Counted from the first letter of the stretch, positions 10,060 to 23,753 are shown. The stretch: DNA of 64,000 nt from Alloprevotella sp. (GCA_045636885.1 JAZTYI010000088.1:38759-102758); one strand, 5' to 3'. Notes: generated from the letters alone by a model not told the origin. Translations and numbers: made by a program.

Positions 10060-11283
10060 ATGCTTTTTATTGCCAAGCGCCTTTACAAGGGACATAACAA
10101 CACAAAACGCGGAGCCACTCAGCCTGCCATACGTGTCGCGACATGTGGTATAGCCATGGGACTCACCATTATGTTGTTGTCAACAAGTGTGTTGTGGGGA
10201 TTTAGAAATGAATTAACAAAAAAAATATCAGGGTTCGCTGCTCATCTTGAGGTGCTCAACATCGGTACGCTACAAATACCCGACGCCTACCCAATTTGCT
10301 TCCCCGAGTATATAGAAAACAATATAAAGAAAACTGAGCACGTTACACACATCCAAAAAGTAGCGCAAAAGATCGGCGTCATCAAAACAGGGAATCACTT
10401 CAAACCAATTCTCATCAAGGGCATTGACGAAGACTATGATACAACATACCTACAAGAAGCATTACTTGAGGGTAGACTTCCTATGCTCCAACACGACTCC
10501 GCTACTAATGAAATAGTCGTATCTAAACATATCGCCGATGCACTCAACCTCAAGACAAACCAACACACCTACGCCTATTTCTTCGACGAAAACATAAGAA
10601 TGAGACGTATGCATATCGTCGGTATTTACGAAACAAACCTCAAGCATTTCGATGAGCATTTCGTTATCACCGATCGATATACTGTATGCAAACTTAACGG
10701 ATGGAAAAACAAGCAATACAGCAGTCTCGAAATTAAAAACCAATCATTTCATACTATAGACCAAACACGTGCGTCTCTTAAGCAAACCCTCGCAGGTTAC
10801 AACCGAATACACGTGTTCACCGTAAACGAACGTTACCCACAGGTATTCTCGTGGTTAAACGTTCTCAACACCAACGTATGGGTCATCCTTGCTTTGATGA
10901 TCGGAGTAGCAGCATTCACCTTGAGCAGTGGTTTACTCGTAATCATGCTTGAGCACTCCCCAACTATAGGAATATTAAAAGCAATGGGAGCCACCGACAA
11001 ACAATTAAAACAAACGTTTATGAAGCTAGCCATGCTTATCATCAGCAAGGGACTCCTCTGGGGTAACGCCATAGCCATAAGCATCATCCTCGTGCAATAT
11101 TACTTCCACCCCCTCCAACTTGACCCACAACATTACTACGTCCGAGAAGCCCACGTTGTCTTCAACCCCCTCCTCATTGTGCTCATAAACATTCTAACGC
11201 TCATCATAACCTACACCTCGCTCTACATCCCCACCCACATTATATCCAAAATAACGCCCGCCAAGTCCATAAAGTTTGACTAA
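10060..11283 (+). CDS. ABC transporter permease, LolC/E (FtsX-like) family
   Basis: N-terminal TM, periplasmic domain, IGILKAMGA motif, three C-terminal TMs, YYV motif. Confidence 0.88.
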   Translation: MLFIAKRLYKGHNNTKRGATQPAIRVATCGIAMGLTIMLLSTSVLWGFRNELTKKISGFAAHLEVLNIGTLQIPDAYPICFPEYIENNIKKTEHVTHIQKVAQKIGVIKTGNHFKPILIKGIDEDYDTTYLQEALLEGRLPMLQHDSATNEIVVSKHIADALNLKTNQHTYAYFFDENIRMRRMHIVGIYETNLKHFDEHFVITDRYTVCKLNGWKNKQYSSLEIKNQSFHTIDQTRASLKQTLAGYNRIHVFTVNERYPQVFSWLNVLNTNVWVILALMIGVAAFTLSSGLLVIMLEHSPTIGILKAMGATDKQLKQTFMKLAMLIISKGLLWGNAIAISIILVQYYFHPLQLDPQHYYVREAHVVFNPLLIVLINILTLIITYTSLYIPTHIISKITPAKSIKFD

Positions 11284-11286
11284 AAT

Positions 11287-11317
11287 TTTGATGCTAAAAA
11301 AAAATAGCGTAACTTTG
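11287..11317 (+). promoter_or_regulatory. consensus promoter for tRNA-Pro
   Basis: TTTG 11287-11290, 19-bp spacer, TAACTTTG 11310-11317. Confidence 0.75.
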
Positions 11318-11351
11318 CATCCGATTTAATGGTATAATTATACCACACAAG

Positions 11352-11427
<76 letters not shown>

Positions 11428-11436
11428 AAAGATTAG

Positions 11437-11476
11437 ATGGTGAGACAAAAGATTCTTTTAGTCTCACCATTTTTTT
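11437..11476 (+). terminator. rho-independent terminator after tRNA-Pro
   Basis: ATGGTGAGAC...GTCTCACCAT followed by a T run. Confidence 0.8.
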
Positions 11477-11667
11477 GAGGAATAAATAAGGATTACTTGC
11501 CTCACTTTTGTTGTTCACAATTTAATATTAGGCAATAGCATTAATGCGTAAAACCCTTGAGGTCAAGATAATTCGTAAGCCTAGTAATATTTTTATCGAC
11601 TGCCAATAACAAGTTCCCCCGATTAATAATTAAAACACAATCATCTATCATACACGTTACAACACAC

Positions 11668-12240
11668 ATGTCCTTTCTAGAACAAATAATCCTAGCTATA
11701 GCCCTTGCCATGGACTGCTTTGCAGTCAGCATCGTTAGTGGCACCTTATTAAACAAATTGAAGTGGGACACATTTTTCACCATGGCCCTATCCTTCGGTC
11801 TTTTTCAAGGCGCTATGCCATTAATAGGTTGGATAGTTTCAAGATGGACTGTTGAATTTACCCAATCGTGGGATCATTGGTTAGCATTCACGCTACTCAC
11901 ATTAATCGGCGCAAAGATGATCTATGAGCACCTTACAAGCAATGACAGTCCCTCCCTCTCCCCCACTCGTCTCATCGTCATTATTGCGCTTTCAATAGCG
12001 ACAAGTATAGATGCCTTTGCGGTCGGCATCACGTTTTCCTGTTTGGGTATGACAGACCTAACAAACATCCTCCCTCCCGTCGCAATAATCACAGCAACCT
12101 CATTTACACTTTCATTATGCGGAAGCATATTTGGAGCAACATTAGGGAAGCGCCTCAATCTACATGCTGAACTATTAGGAGGAACCCTTCTCATCATCAT
12201 AGGTTTCAAAATACTCATCGAGCACCTACTCACTAATTAG
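11668..12240 (+). CDS. mntP: manganese efflux pump MntP family
   Basis: ALAMDCFAVS, FGLFQGAMP, DHWLAF, ATSIDAFAVG. Confidence 0.92.
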   Translation: MSFLEQIILAIALAMDCFAVSIVSGTLLNKLKWDTFFTMALSFGLFQGAMPLIGWIVSRWTVEFTQSWDHWLAFTLLTLIGAKMIYEHLTSNDSPSLSPTRLIVIIALSIATSIDAFAVGITFSCLGMTDLTNILPPVAIITATSFTLSLCGSIFGATLGKRLNLHAELLGGTLLIIIGFKILIEHLLTN

Positions 12241-12423
12241 AGAGAAACGCTCAAAATAAACATATCACGGCACAGACCCCATAAATACTCAGAAAGACGC
12301 ATACATCAGCAAGAACTGTATGATTAAACGTAATAACATTTATAGTAAAAACAATAAGTAACATTGTAAAAACAATAATACTTATATTTGGGGTACAGAA
12401 AAATAAGTACCCCTTGTTCATGT

Positions 12424-12469
12424 AAAAAAAAGCGGAGATACACCCAATTTCTTGGGGTATCTCCGCTTT
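12424..12469. terminator. bidirectional terminator between mntP and atpG
   Basis: A run + AGCGGAGATAC...GTATCTCCGCTTT. Confidence 0.8.
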
Positions 12470-12543
12470 CGTTATACGTTTCTAGGAGTTATTTCATCTA
12501 AAACTTGGGACGCTAATCTTACCATACAGGCAAGATTGTGAAA

Positions 12544-13398
12544 CTATTGCATACTACCCCCGACGATATCCAGTAGTTCGGCAGTGATAGCTGATTGGCG
12601 CGACTTGTTGTATTGCAACTGGAGCGAACGAAGAAGTTCGTCGGCATTGTCGGTGGCAATTTGCATGGCAACTACTCGAGCAGCGTGTTCGGAAGTCAAT
12701 GAATCAAGCAGTGCGGCAAAGAGCGAGAGCGTGATGACACGAGGAAGAAGGCGTGAGAAGATCACTTCTGAAGAGGGTTCAACGATGTAATTGCTGTTAT
12801 CACGCTCGGCTTCTTGAGGGAGGCTGAGGGGAAGGAACTGCTCGTAGCGCAACACTTGATGTGCGGAACTTTGTGCATGATGATATATCATGTAGCACGC
12901 ATCTATTTCCTTGGCATCATAACTCGCCATAAGATGCTCTGCTAGTTGCTTTGCTCCGTCGTAATTAGGATGATCGAGATAATCACAATAGGTATCTTCG
13001 ACGGTAAATCCCATACGACGAACGGCATCAAGTCCCTTACGGCCAACGGCATAAACCTGTGCAATCTCTATTCCTTGGTTACGCAATTCAGCGACCTTTG
13101 CCGAGAAATGCTTAATAGCATTGTTATTAAACCCTCCGCATAGACTTGAGTTGGAGGTGAATAACAGTAATGCCACTCGATTTACGGGACGGGGAGTTAC
13201 ATAGGGCACATACTCAGAAGCGTCGCTCACAAAGGCACGAAAGATACGTCCAAGTTGCTGCTCATAGGGGCGCATTTGCTCAATGCGCTGCTGAGCATGG
13301 TGGAGCTTTGAACTCGCCACCATCTTCATGGCACTCGTAATCTTACGCGTACTCTGTACAGAGGCAATTCTATTTTTTACTTCTTTAAGACTGGGCAT
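12544..13398 (-). CDS. atpG: ATP synthase F1 gamma
   Basis: RKITSAMKMVA, LCGGFN, ATDNA, RQSAITAEL. Confidence 0.97.
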   Translation of the reverse strand: MPSLKEVKNRIASVQSTRKITSAMKMVASSKLHHAQQRIEQMRPYEQQLGRIFRAFVSDASEYVPYVTPRPVNRVALLLFTSNSSLCGGFNNNAIKHFSAKVAELRNQGIEIAQVYAVGRKGLDAVRRMGFTVEDTYCDYLDHPNYDGAKQLAEHLMASYDAKEIDACYMIYHHAQSSAHQVLRYEQFLPLSLPQEAERDNSNYIVEPSSEVIFSRLLPRVITLSLFAALLDSLTSEHAARVVAMQIATDNADELLRSLQLQYNKSRQSAITAELLDIVGGSMQ

Positions 13399-13403
13399 AA
13401 TAT

Positions 13404-13545
13404 AAGGTTGTTGAGGTTAGGAGATTAGGAGGTTATAAGGTTATAAGGTTATGAGATTCTAAAGTTCTTAAATCCATCCGGGTGGTAGTTGTACTCTGTC
13501 AGTTGTACTCTCACCCTGCCTTATAACCTAAAACCTGCAACCTTA
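13404..13545. repeat. intergenic tandem-repeat hairpin between atpA and atpG
   Basis: (AGGTTATA)n left arm, CCTTATAACCTAAAACC right arm, central CCATCCGGGTGG and AGTTGTACTCT x2. Confidence 0.7.
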
Positions 13546-15123
13546 ACTAAATTGTGCCGTCAAATCTGCCGCTACCTTCTCAATGCGCTTTGAAATTTCA
13601 TCATCAAGTTTTCCTTCAGCAAGGGGGCGAAGAATGGTGTCTTGATGGTTGGTGCGCAATATCTGGAGGTATTGTTCCTGGAACTCGTTGACCTTATCGA
13701 GGGGGACATTCTTAAGCAAACCGCGTGTGCCACAATAAAGAATGGCAACCTGTTCTTCAACGGGCATGGGGCTGTATTGCTTCTGAATGAGCAACTGATT
13801 GTTCTTACGTCCGCGGTCGATAGTCATTGCCGTTACAGCATCCATATCACTTGAGAACTTAGCAAAGGCTTCGAGTTCGCGATACTGCGCTTGGTCAATC
13901 TTAAGCGTACCGGCAATCTTCTTCATCGACTTAATTTGCGCCGCACCACCCACACGGCTCACAGAGATACCTACGTCAATAGCAGGACGAAAGCCCTGGT
14001 TGAAGAGATTCGTGTCAAGGTAAATCTGACCGTCTGTAATTGAAATTACATTGGTGGGGATGTAGGCAGAAACGTCACCCGCTTGAGTTTCGATGATGGG
14101 CAATGCTGTGAGTGACCCACCACCCTTTACCTTACCTTTAAGGCATTCGGGAAGATCATTCATCTGGGCAGCCACTTCCTGCTGATTGTTAATCTTTGCC
14201 GCACGTTCAAGGAGGCGTGAGTGGAGGTAGAAGACATCGCCAGGGTATGCTTCACGACCTGAAGGGCGACGGAGTATGAGCGACACTTCACGATAAGCAA
14301 CGGCTTGCTTTGAGAGGTCGTCATACACCACGAGAGCATGTTTACCTTGGTCGCGGAAATACTCACCGATAGCGGCACCTGCCATGGGAGCAAAGTACTG
14401 CAACGCTGCAGGATCAGCGGCGGTAGCACTCACAATAATCGTGTAAGGCAAAGCACCAGCTGAACGCAATGTGTTCACAATATTAGCCACGGTAGAAGCC
14501 TTCTGACCGATAGCGACATAGATGCAATAAACTGGGTTGCCTGCTTCATAGGCACCACGCTGATTGATAATCGTGTCAATAGCAATAGCCGTCTTACCCG
14601 TTTGGCGGTCACCTATAATTAACTCACGCTGGCCACGACCGATGGGGATCATTGAGTCGACAGCCTTAAGTCCTGTCTGCATGGCTTCACACACGGGTTG
14701 ACGGTAGATAACACCGGGTGCCTTACGATCAAGAGGCATAAGGAACTTTTCACCACCAATCGCAACGCCTCCATCAAGGGGGGCACCCAGCGGATTGATG
14801 ACGCGACCGAGCATTTCTTCGCTCACTTCAATAGAAGCCACTTTGCCCGTACGCTTTACTGACTGCCCTTCCTTAATCCCTACTGAAGGACCAAGAAGCA
14901 CTGCACCGACGTTATCTTCTTCAAGGTTCATCGCTACAGCCATTACACCATTCTCGAATTCGATCAATTCGTTTTCTGTAACGTTGTTCAAGCCATAAAT
15001 GCGTACCACACCATCACCAACAGTAAGCACAACACCGACTTCCTCAAGTTGGACATCAATGTTTACTTCCTTTAATTGTTGGAGCAATATGTCTGAAACC
15101 TCATTTGGTTTAATTTTATCCAT
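13543..15123 (-). CDS. atpA: ATP synthase F1 alpha
   Basis: [38 protein letters not shown]. Confidence 0.98.
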   Translation of the reverse strand: MDKIKPNEVSDILLQQLKEVNIDVQLEEVGVVLTVGDGVVRIYGLNNVTENELIEFENGVMAVAMNLEEDNVGAVLLGPSVGIKEGQSVKRTGKVASIEVSEEMLGRVINPLGAPLDGGVAIGGEKFLMPLDRKAPGVIYRQPVCEAMQTGLKAVDSMIPIGRGQRELIIGDRQTGKTAIAIDTIINQRGAYEAGNPVYCIYVAIGQKASTVANIVNTLRSAGALPYTIIVSATAADPAALQYFAPMAGAAIGEYFRDQGKHALVVYDDLSKQAVAYREVSLILRRPSGREAYPGDVFYLHSRLLERAAKINNQQEVAAQMNDLPECLKGKVKGGGSLTALPIIETQAGDVSAYIPTNVISITDGQIYLDTNLFNQGFRPAIDVGISVSRVGGAAQIKSMKKIAGTLKIDQAQYRELEAFAKFSSDMDAVTAMTIDRGRKNNQLLIQKQYSPMPVEEQVAILYCGTRGLLKNVPLDKVNEFQEQYLQILRTNHQDTILRPLAEGKLDDEISKRIEKVAADLTAQFS

Positions 15124-15220
15124 AGTAATAATAATTTAGTAGACAAGCATTCTTGGTAATTCCATGGACATCGGTAACAACCTCGTCTACTTGTACCTAA
15201 ATAACTTGTGTACTATTTTT

Positions 15221-15757
15221 CTACATTCCCTTACTAATTTTTTGTAACTGAGTCTTTAGAGAAGCATCCACACGATACGTATCGTACTCTAAAATGAAAC
15301 CACCACCGATTGATGCATCCACTACTGTTTCAAATTCCACTTGTCCGTTAACCGCTTGCTGAACGATAGCCTTCATACGTGCTAAAGTTGCATCAGAGAC
15401 AGATGCGGGAACTATGAAACGTGACTTCGTAATGCCACAATGCTTGCGATATTGTGCAATGTATGAACTTGCCACAAATTGCATGATGTCGCAACGATTT
15501 TGATCAAGGATTAACTGACAAAATCGTGAGGTGGAGGCAGATACTTTACTCTTAACCGCAACTGCAGCCAAGAGCAACTTTAATTTGTTATCGTTGGAGA
15601 CTACTGGATTTTGCAACGTCTGCTGAATCTTAGGCAACTTTATGAAACAATCTGAAAGTTGCTGCATTTCGGCATATACCAGTTGCTCTTCCCCGTTCTC
15701 AATAGCAAAAGACAGAAGGGCGCGCGCATAACGCGAAGAAATAATCCCAATGTCCAT
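15221..15757 (-). CDS. atpH: ATP synthase F1 delta
   Basis: MDIGIISSRYARALL, IGGGFILEYD; ATG at 15757. Confidence 0.93.
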   Translation of the reverse strand: MDIGIISSRYARALLSFAIENGEEQLVYAEMQQLSDCFIKLPKIQQTLQNPVVSNDNKLKLLLAAVAVKSKVSASTSRFCQLILDQNRCDIMQFVASSYIAQYRKHCGITKSRFIVPASVSDATLARMKAIVQQAVNGQVEFETVVDASIGGGFILEYDTYRVDASLKTQLQKISKGM

Positions 15758-15766
15758 ACGCTTCAA

Positions 15767-16285
15767 TTAGTCTTTAGAAGGTTGGATTTCATCAAGCAAT
15801 GTATTGATGTAGTTTTCATGTGCTTCTGTAGTGGCAAGATTTTGTCTCATCACCTTTTCAGAAATAGCAATAGAAAGTTGCGAAACTACACCTCTGATAT
15901 CCTGAAGGGCACGCTCACGCTCTGCTTGGATTTGGAGTTTAGCATCTTCCAAAATCTTTGCACCTTCTTCGTGAGCCTTACGTTGTGCGTCGGCAATAAT
16001 CTTATCACCGGTAGTTTTTGCTTCACGCAATATCACTGCTTGCTGCTCGTGGGCTTCCTTCAAAATCTTCTCACTCTCTGCTTTCAATGTTGCTAACTTC
16101 TCATTCGTAACACGAGCGTTCGTCAGACTCTCGTCAATGAATTTCTTGCGCTCCTCGACCATTGAAGTAATAACGGGAAAACCGAACTTTGCTAATAGGC
16201 CGAACACCACAAGGAAAGCTATCAACATCCAAAACAATAGTCCTAAATCAGGACTAAGAATAGATGGGAGGTTCAAAGAATCCAT
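15767..16285 (-). CDS. atpF: ATP synthase Fo subunit b
   Basis: PDLGLLFWMLIAF TM then coiled coil; ATG at 16285. Confidence 0.93.
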   Translation of the reverse strand: MDSLNLPSILSPDLGLLFWMLIAFLVVFGLLAKFGFPVITSMVEERKKFIDESLTNARVTNEKLATLKAESEKILKEAHEQQAVILREAKTTGDKIIADAQRKAHEEGAKILEDAKLQIQAERERALQDIRGVVSQLSIAISEKVMRQNLATTEAHENYINTLLDEIQPSKD

Positions 16286-16392
16286 AAGGCGGAATTCAGA
16301 TGTAAGCGTAAAGAGGAAAGGCTGGAGCGCTGACGCTTCAATAAACTGCATGACTCACTAGTCTTAACTCTTTACTCTTAAATACGCTGAAA

Positions 16393-16638
<246 letters not shown>

Positions 16639-16695
16639 TTATTTATTAGTAATTTATATTAAAATATTAATCAGTTAATTTAAACTATAAGGGAG

Positions 16696-17757
16696 TTAGT
16701 GATGATGAGGTTCAGGATGTGCCATACCGATGAATACTGCCGACAACATCGTGAACACATACGCCTGAATGAATGCCACCAAGCACTCCAAGCAGTTCAT
16801 AAAAATCATCAGCACAAGACTCACGGGAGTTAAAGCGGAACCTATACCTATGCCAATTGTGAAGGCAATGAATATTACACAAGTGAACGAAAGTATCGCT
16901 GCATGCCCACCCATAATGTTAGCAAAGAGACGCACCATCAATGAGAATGGACGTGAAATGATACCAAGCATTTCTACCAAGGGCATAATGGGAAGTGGAC
17001 ACTTGAGGAACACGGGAACGGGAGGCCAGAATATTTCCTTCCAATACTCTTTGTTGCCAAACAAGTTGATCGCAAGCAAAGTGCAGAATGCGAGGAAGAA
17101 CGTAATGGTAATGTTCCCCGTAAGGTTCGCCCCACCAGGGAAGATGGGAATCAATCCTAAGAGATTACTGATAAAAATGAAGAAGAAGCAGGTAAGCAAG
17201 TAAGGAGCAAACTTTTTATACTGCTTTTCACCTACGCTCGGACGGATGATGTCGTCGTGAACCATCATCACCATCATTTCTACCACCCCGAAGAATCCCT
17301 TGGGCGCTTGCTGTGTTGCTCCGTTCTTCTTATACCAACGAGCGGCACTCAAGAAAATCGTGAGCATCAATGCCACCACAATCCAAAGTTGAACAACATT
17401 CTTGGTAATGGAAATATCCAACGGACGGACGCTACTGCCGTCTGCCAATTTTTCATAAATCTTACCATTGACTTCATTGATATAGAAACCATTGTAGGTG
17501 TCGCCATGCGTTACCTTACTACTGCTAAACACATGCCAACCCGAATGTTCACCCTTTACAATCACAAGAAGCGGAATGGAGATGTGATGTCCTTCATACG
17601 TTGTAATGTGCCAATCATAGCCATCACTCATATGACCTAATACGATACTTTTTACATCAATCTTTCCCTCTTCATGACCGCCTCCTGATGCTTTTGCAGA
17701 AAGGGAAGTCATTGCGAAAAGACCAACGACAAGTATCCATTTTAAGTATCTAATCAT
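16696..17757 (-). CDS. atpB: ATP synthase Fo subunit a
   Basis: RPFSLMVRLFANI, VAFIQAYVFTMLS; Bacteroidota N-terminal extension. Confidence 0.96.
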   Translation of the reverse strand: MIRYLKWILVVGLFAMTSLSAKASGGGHEEGKIDVKSIVLGHMSDGYDWHITTYEGHHISIPLLVIVKGEHSGWHVFSSSKVTHGDTYNGFYINEVNGKIYEKLADGSSVRPLDISITKNVVQLWIVVALMLTIFLSAARWYKKNGATQQAPKGFFGVVEMMVMMVHDDIIRPSVGEKQYKKFAPYLLTCFFFIFISNLLGLIPIFPGGANLTGNITITFFLAFCTLLAINLFGNKEYWKEIFWPPVPVFLKCPLPIMPLVEMLGIISRPFSLMVRLFANIMGGHAAILSFTCVIFIAFTIGIGIGSALTPVSLVLMIFMNCLECLVAFIQAYVFTMLSAVFIGMAHPEPHHH

Positions 17758-17770
17758 GTATATTCAATCG

Positions 17771-18187
17771 CTAATTTGAACTACTATGTTTCTGTTTACG
17801 CTCACACACAATGAAATGTACGGAGGTGAAGAATAACGCTACAAGGTAGAATATCAATAAGTTAATTGTAAATAGTCCCCTACATTCCTGAAGGATAAGG
17901 AATAAATACATCAACGCCAACACAAGGGTTATGAGCAAGCGCACTACGTTGTTAGCCATGTGAAACAGCGTGATGTATTTCGGTTGATTCTCCTGAACGT
18001 AATGATATACAGAAAGCGAGACAAGTGTCATTACGAAGAAGATGATGGGCAGCACGATTAAGGGCTTCACCATACTCATTCCGCCTGCCACGTACGCCAC
18101 CTCAAGGTAGCACATTACAGGCGTTAGCAATGCGTAAATAAGTCCCAACTTCCAAATTGACTTTAATGCTGATTTCATGTATGCCAA
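17771..18187 (-). CDS. membrane protein in the atp operon (AtpI/AtpR-like)
   Basis: 138 aa, about 4 TM segments, between atpC and atpB. Confidence 0.7.
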   Translation of the reverse strand: MAYMKSALKSIWKLGLIYALLTPVMCYLEVAYVAGGMSMVKPLIVLPIIFFVMTLVSLSVYHYVQENQPKYITLFHMANNVVRLLITLVLALMYLFLILQECRGLFTINLLIFYLVALFFTSVHFIVCERKQKHSSSN

Positions 18188-18189
18188 CG

Positions 18190-18423
18190 TTAGAGTTCAA
18201 CACAAATATTCAGCACATTGTTCGCAACCTCAATGAATCCCGAGTGAATGTCAACAGTGTAATCTTCTGCGCCGTAGCAATAGATCGTGCCCTTCACTAA
18301 TGTGGAAATAATTGGCGCATGATGCTCAAGCACCTCAAATTGTCCCATTTCACCAGGCACCACCACCCTACTCACTTCCGCAGCATAGAGTTGCTTCTCA
18401 GGTGATAAAATCTTGATCTTCAT
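18190..18423 (-). CDS. atpC: ATP synthase F1 epsilon (short form)
   Basis: ILSPE, VPGEMGQFEVLEHHAPII, GFIEV; lacks the C-terminal helices, as usual in Bacteroidota. Confidence 0.94.
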   Translation of the reverse strand: MKIKILSPEKQLYAAEVSRVVVPGEMGQFEVLEHHAPIISTLVKGTIYCYGAEDYTVDIHSGFIEVANNVLNICVEL

Positions 18424-18430
18424 AGTTTAA

Positions 18431-19981
<1,551 letters not shown>

Positions 19982-19986
19982 TCAAC

Positions 19987-21384
19987 TTAAAACCCCATAT
20001 CAATAATACCATAGACAATAAGCCCAGTCAACCAACCAGCAACGACCTTAAAGGTCATGTGGCGCACGTACCAAAGGAAACTTACACTCTCCATCTTCAT
20101 GAGCGAGAACCCTGACACCGAACCAATCGTTAGCAACGAAGCACCAAATGCTGTGGTGTAACTGAGCAAAATCCAGAAGTTGCCGTCTGTGGCAAATGCT
20201 TGCGCAAAATCGGCATTATGAATTAACTCTGGACTTGCAAACAGGGAAATGCTTGTTAGAATAATCGTAACGTTCCCAAAGAATGCAGACAACACTCCGA
20301 TGATTGCATTCAAACTATATACATTACTAATAGCCTTTGCAATGTCAATGAAGAAGGTGTTCAGTTTTCCTGTTTCCTGCATGGCTCCGAGCGCCAGAAA
20401 GATACCCATGAAAAAGAGTAAATTCTGAAGTGTGTCATACTGCAATGCTAACGGTTTGTTAGTATTATGTACCATTCTACCTGATGACAACAACGTACGG
20501 TTGAACAATTCATTCAGAATCCACAACAATGAGAGTACACATAAAGAACCTACGAAAGGAGGCATCAGTGTAAGTTTATGGAAAGTAGGTACAAACCACA
20601 ATCCTCCAATCCCTACCAATAACATCAAAAAGGATTGCCACCTATTCAGGATTGAATCATCGCCACGATAGCGAGGCGTTGTATCTTGAAATTGTAACTG
20701 GCGAGGAAGTTTGCGAGAAATCAGCAGAAGAATCACTACTAATCCTACTAATATTGGCAAAAACAGTTTCAGTGACAAAGTAGCTGGAGTTACCAATCCT
20801 TTGATCCAAAGCATAAGTGTTGTTGAGTCACCGATAACCGTCAGTGCACCTGCTCCATTGGCGGTTATCACGATTGCACTGCCAAATATCCAACGTAATT
20901 TTTCATCTCGGATAAGCACACGAACAACTCCTAACATAAGTACAACCGTTGTTAGGTTATCAAGATTCATGGATAAAAGGAATGTTATCAAACAGAGAAT
21001 CCAAAAGAACTTTCGAGAAGAACGAGTTCTCAACCACGTTTTTAAGAAGTCAAGACATCCATTATTCGTTAATACTTCAACTATAGACATGGTTGAAAGT
21101 AAGTAGAATACAATTTGTGCGCCTTGTTGCAAATAGTTTACAAAGACATTCTCAGCGATGAATAGTTTAGCGGCATGCACTTTACGATCTGAAGTTTCAA
21201 CCAAAAAATCAGAAAACTGATTTGCATACTGCTGCAACACATAATCAGTGCCATAACCGATATAGAGCATCCAACAAAGCACACCCATTAACATTGCCAC
21301 CGCAGCTTTATTGATACGGTGAAAACTTTCTGTTGCAATTAACAAAAACCCTGCTAAAATTACGCAAAGAATAATTGCTGTCAT
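19987..21384 (-). CDS. nhaD: Na+/H+ antiporter NhaD family
   Basis: INKAAVAM, LDNLTT, ANGAGALTVIGD, GASLLTIGS; polytopic membrane protein. Confidence 0.85.
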   Translation of the reverse strand: MTAIILCVILAGFLLIATESFHRINKAAVAMLMGVLCWMLYIGYGTDYVLQQYANQFSDFLVETSDRKVHAAKLFIAENVFVNYLQQGAQIVFYLLSTMSIVEVLTNNGCLDFLKTWLRTRSSRKFFWILCLITFLLSMNLDNLTTVVLMLGVVRVLIRDEKLRWIFGSAIVITANGAGALTVIGDSTTLMLWIKGLVTPATLSLKLFLPILVGLVVILLLISRKLPRQLQFQDTTPRYRGDDSILNRWQSFLMLLVGIGGLWFVPTFHKLTLMPPFVGSLCVLSLLWILNELFNRTLLSSGRMVHNTNKPLALQYDTLQNLLFFMGIFLALGAMQETGKLNTFFIDIAKAISNVYSLNAIIGVLSAFFGNVTIILTSISLFASPELIHNADFAQAFATDGNFWILLSYTTAFGASLLTIGSVSGFSLMKMESVSFLWYVRHMTFKVVAGWLTGLIVYGIIDMGF

Positions 21385-21506
21385 AAATGATATGGTTGTT
21401 AGATTTTAGGTTATTGATCGTAAAGTCATTGAGAGCACCCTGTAGGAATATTTCTTAAACTAAAGTTTAGAGATTCCAAATCAAAGTCACAACTTTACCT
21501 TATTAG

Positions 21507-21579
21507 AGCGGTAAACGAGACTCGAACTCGCGACTCTTGGCTTGGGAAGCCAATGCTCTACCAACTGAGCTACTACCGC
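21507..21579 (-). tRNA. tRNA-Gly(CCC)
   Basis: Minus strand GCGGTAGTAGCTCAGTTGGTAGAGCA-TTGGC-TTCCCAA-GCCAA-GAGTCGCGAGTTCGAGTCTCGTTTACCGCT; -7 box TATTTTTG at 21605-21598. Confidence 0.96.
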
Positions 21580-21667
21580 AAATTTTCATTTGAGTTGCAA
21601 AAATACCTTTTTTTTTGATATATCGAAATTTCACCCCTCAAAAAAATGGAAGAGTTCGGTATTTGAT

Positions 21668-22222
21668 TTACTTTAACATCTGTAAGAACTCGTTACGCAA
21701 AGAAGCATCTTCAAATACGCCACTATAATCATAAACCGTAGTGATGCTACCAGCTTTTTCAACTCCTCTCATTTGCATACACAAGTGTTGCGCTTCTAGA
21801 ACGACCATAACCCCTTTAGGTTGAATCGCCTCATCAATAGCTTCACGTATTTGCTTTGTCAAGCGTTCGTGCACTTGAAGACGTTGACTGAATACATTGA
21901 CTACACGTGGAATTTTAGAAAGTCCAACAATTTTTCCATTGGGAACATAAGCCACGTGCGCTTTACCGTGAAAGGGCAAAATATGATGTTCACAAAGACT
22001 ATAGAATTCAATATCTTTTACCACCACCATATTCTTTATATCCTCTGTAAAGACAGCTGATTGCAAAAGAGCGACTGAATCCATATCATATCCCTTAGTA
22101 AGCGCCACAATTGCCTTTGCAGCTCGTTCGGGAGTTTTTAATAATCCCTCACGAGTCACATCCTCACCTATCAATTTTAAAATTTCTTGATAGTGGTATT
22201 TGAGTTGTTCTAATTTATCCAT
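21668..22222 (-). CDS. folE: GTP cyclohydrolase I
   Basis: [36 protein letters not shown]. Confidence 0.96.
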   Translation of the reverse strand: MDKLEQLKYHYQEILKLIGEDVTREGLLKTPERAAKAIVALTKGYDMDSVALLQSAVFTEDIKNMVVVKDIEFYSLCEHHILPFHGKAHVAYVPNGKIVGLSKIPRVVNVFSQRLQVHERLTKQIREAIDEAIQPKGVMVVLEAQHLCMQMRGVEKAGSITTVYDYSGVFEDASLRNEFLQMLK

Positions 22223-22235
22223 TACTAATACGACT

Positions 22236-22766
22236 TTAGTAGAAAGGGATTTGCACCTTACATTTTACAACTCTCACTTCTTTAGATATTCCAGTCTTAC
22301 GAACTTCAGTCATAAAGACCATTGCCTCATCTCGTGTCTCAAAATCACCGATACGCACAACCCAACGAGGTGAAATAAAGTTACAATAAACTTCATAATC
22401 TGGAAACAGATTCTTACTTTGTGTTTGTAACTTTAAAGCTTGTTCTTTATCGGTCCTAGAATTTGCTCCTGTATATATCTGGATGCGAAATCCATCTTTA
22501 TTGACAAATCCTTTTGGAATAGGTTTTCCGATACTATCTAACTGAACTGAATCTTTATCTTGCTTCGTAATTTTCGGCAATGAAGAACTATCCTTTACCG
22601 GTTGTTTCGGTTTAAGTCCATTCACTAAACTATCAATCTTGGATGATTGGATCAACAAGACAATCCCCCCCTTACTACTTTTTGTTTGTAGTACTTCTGT
22701 AAACTGCTGCCCATAGATATTTATGAACAACAGAGACATAAATGCTATAAGAGAAAAGCGTTTCAT
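22236..22766 (-). CDS. SPOR domain protein
   Basis: Signal peptide; [18 protein letters not shown]. Confidence 0.85.
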   Translation of the reverse strand: MKRFSLIAFMSLLFINIYGQQFTEVLQTKSSKGGIVLLIQSSKIDSLVNGLKPKQPVKDSSSLPKITKQDKDSVQLDSIGKPIPKGFVNKDGFRIQIYTGANSRTDKEQALKLQTQSKNLFPDYEVYCNFISPRWVVRIGDFETRDEAMVFMTEVRKTGISKEVRVVKCKVQIPFY

Positions 22767-22948
22767 AAGTTGAGAGTGGGATTTTATTTAGAATATTGAG
22801 ATGAGGATAATGTACGCATATGACCATTGAAGAATATGAAACAATATCCTCTTATTATCAATAAAGAAGTTAGCCATAGGAGATTATCCTCCTATAAAGG
22901 CTAACTTATTTATTAACTTTTTTGTTTCAAAATTAAAGGTTGAAACAA

Positions 22949-23704
22949 TTAGAATGCATCAATAATTTCCTTGAAGTCAGCGGCCTTCAATGAAGCACCA
23001 CCGATCAAACCACCATCGATGTTGGGCTTAGCAAAGAGTTCGGGAGCATTTGAACCCTTACAAGAACCACCATAGAGGATTGAAGTGTTGTCTGCAACTT
23101 CCTGACCGTACTTTTCAGCAACGCAAGAACGGATGAATGCGTGGATTTCTTCAGCCTGATCAGAAGTAGCCGTCTTACCTGTACCGATTGCCCAGATAGG
23201 TTCGTAAGCGATCACTACGTTTGCCCATTGTTCAGCAGTAAGGTGGAATACAGAACCTTCGAGTTCGGCCTTACATACTTCATTCTGCTGATTAGCTTCA
23301 CGCTGCTCGAGACTTTCACCGATGCAGAAAAGAATCTTCAAACCATTTGCCAAAGCCAAATCAACCTTTTCCTTGAGGATTTCGGGAGTTTCGTTGTAAT
23401 ACTCACGACGTTCAGAGTGACCAAGGATAACATACTGTGCACCAGTAGACTTAACCATTTCAGCAGAAACTTCACCTGTGTAAGCACCGCTTGCCTTATC
23501 CGCACAGTTTTCAGCACCAAGCTGAAGCACTTCGTTGTCAATCAAACCAGCAACAGTTGCCAAGTGAATGAAGGGAGTGCAGATTACAACTTCGCAATTG
23601 GGTTTGTCAGCAACGAGCAAACCGTTGAGTTCCTTTGCAAGTGCTACACCTTCCTGAAGATTCTTATTCATCTTCCAGTTACCTGCTACAATTTTCTTTC
23701 TCAT
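22949..23704 (-). CDS. tpiA: triosephosphate isomerase
   Basis: [33 protein letters not shown]. Confidence 0.98.
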   Translation of the reverse strand: MRKKIVAGNWKMNKNLQEGVALAKELNGLLVADKPNCEVVICTPFIHLATVAGLIDNEVLQLGAENCADKASGAYTGEVSAEMVKSTGAQYVILGHSERREYYNETPEILKEKVDLALANGLKILFCIGESLEQREANQQNEVCKAELEGSVFHLTAEQWANVVIAYEPIWAIGTGKTATSDQAEEIHAFIRSCVAEKYGQEVADNTSILYGGSCKGSNAPELFAKPNIDGGLIGGASLKAADFKEIIDAF

Positions 23705-23753
23705 AACAATTTGATATTAAATAAATGAATAGGTTTATAAAAAATATTCTGAA

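Noticed and set aside
11480-11667. yybP-ykoY manganese riboswitch upstream of mntP
   Set aside because: Expected conserved elements were not recognisable by eye; would need an Infernal scan.
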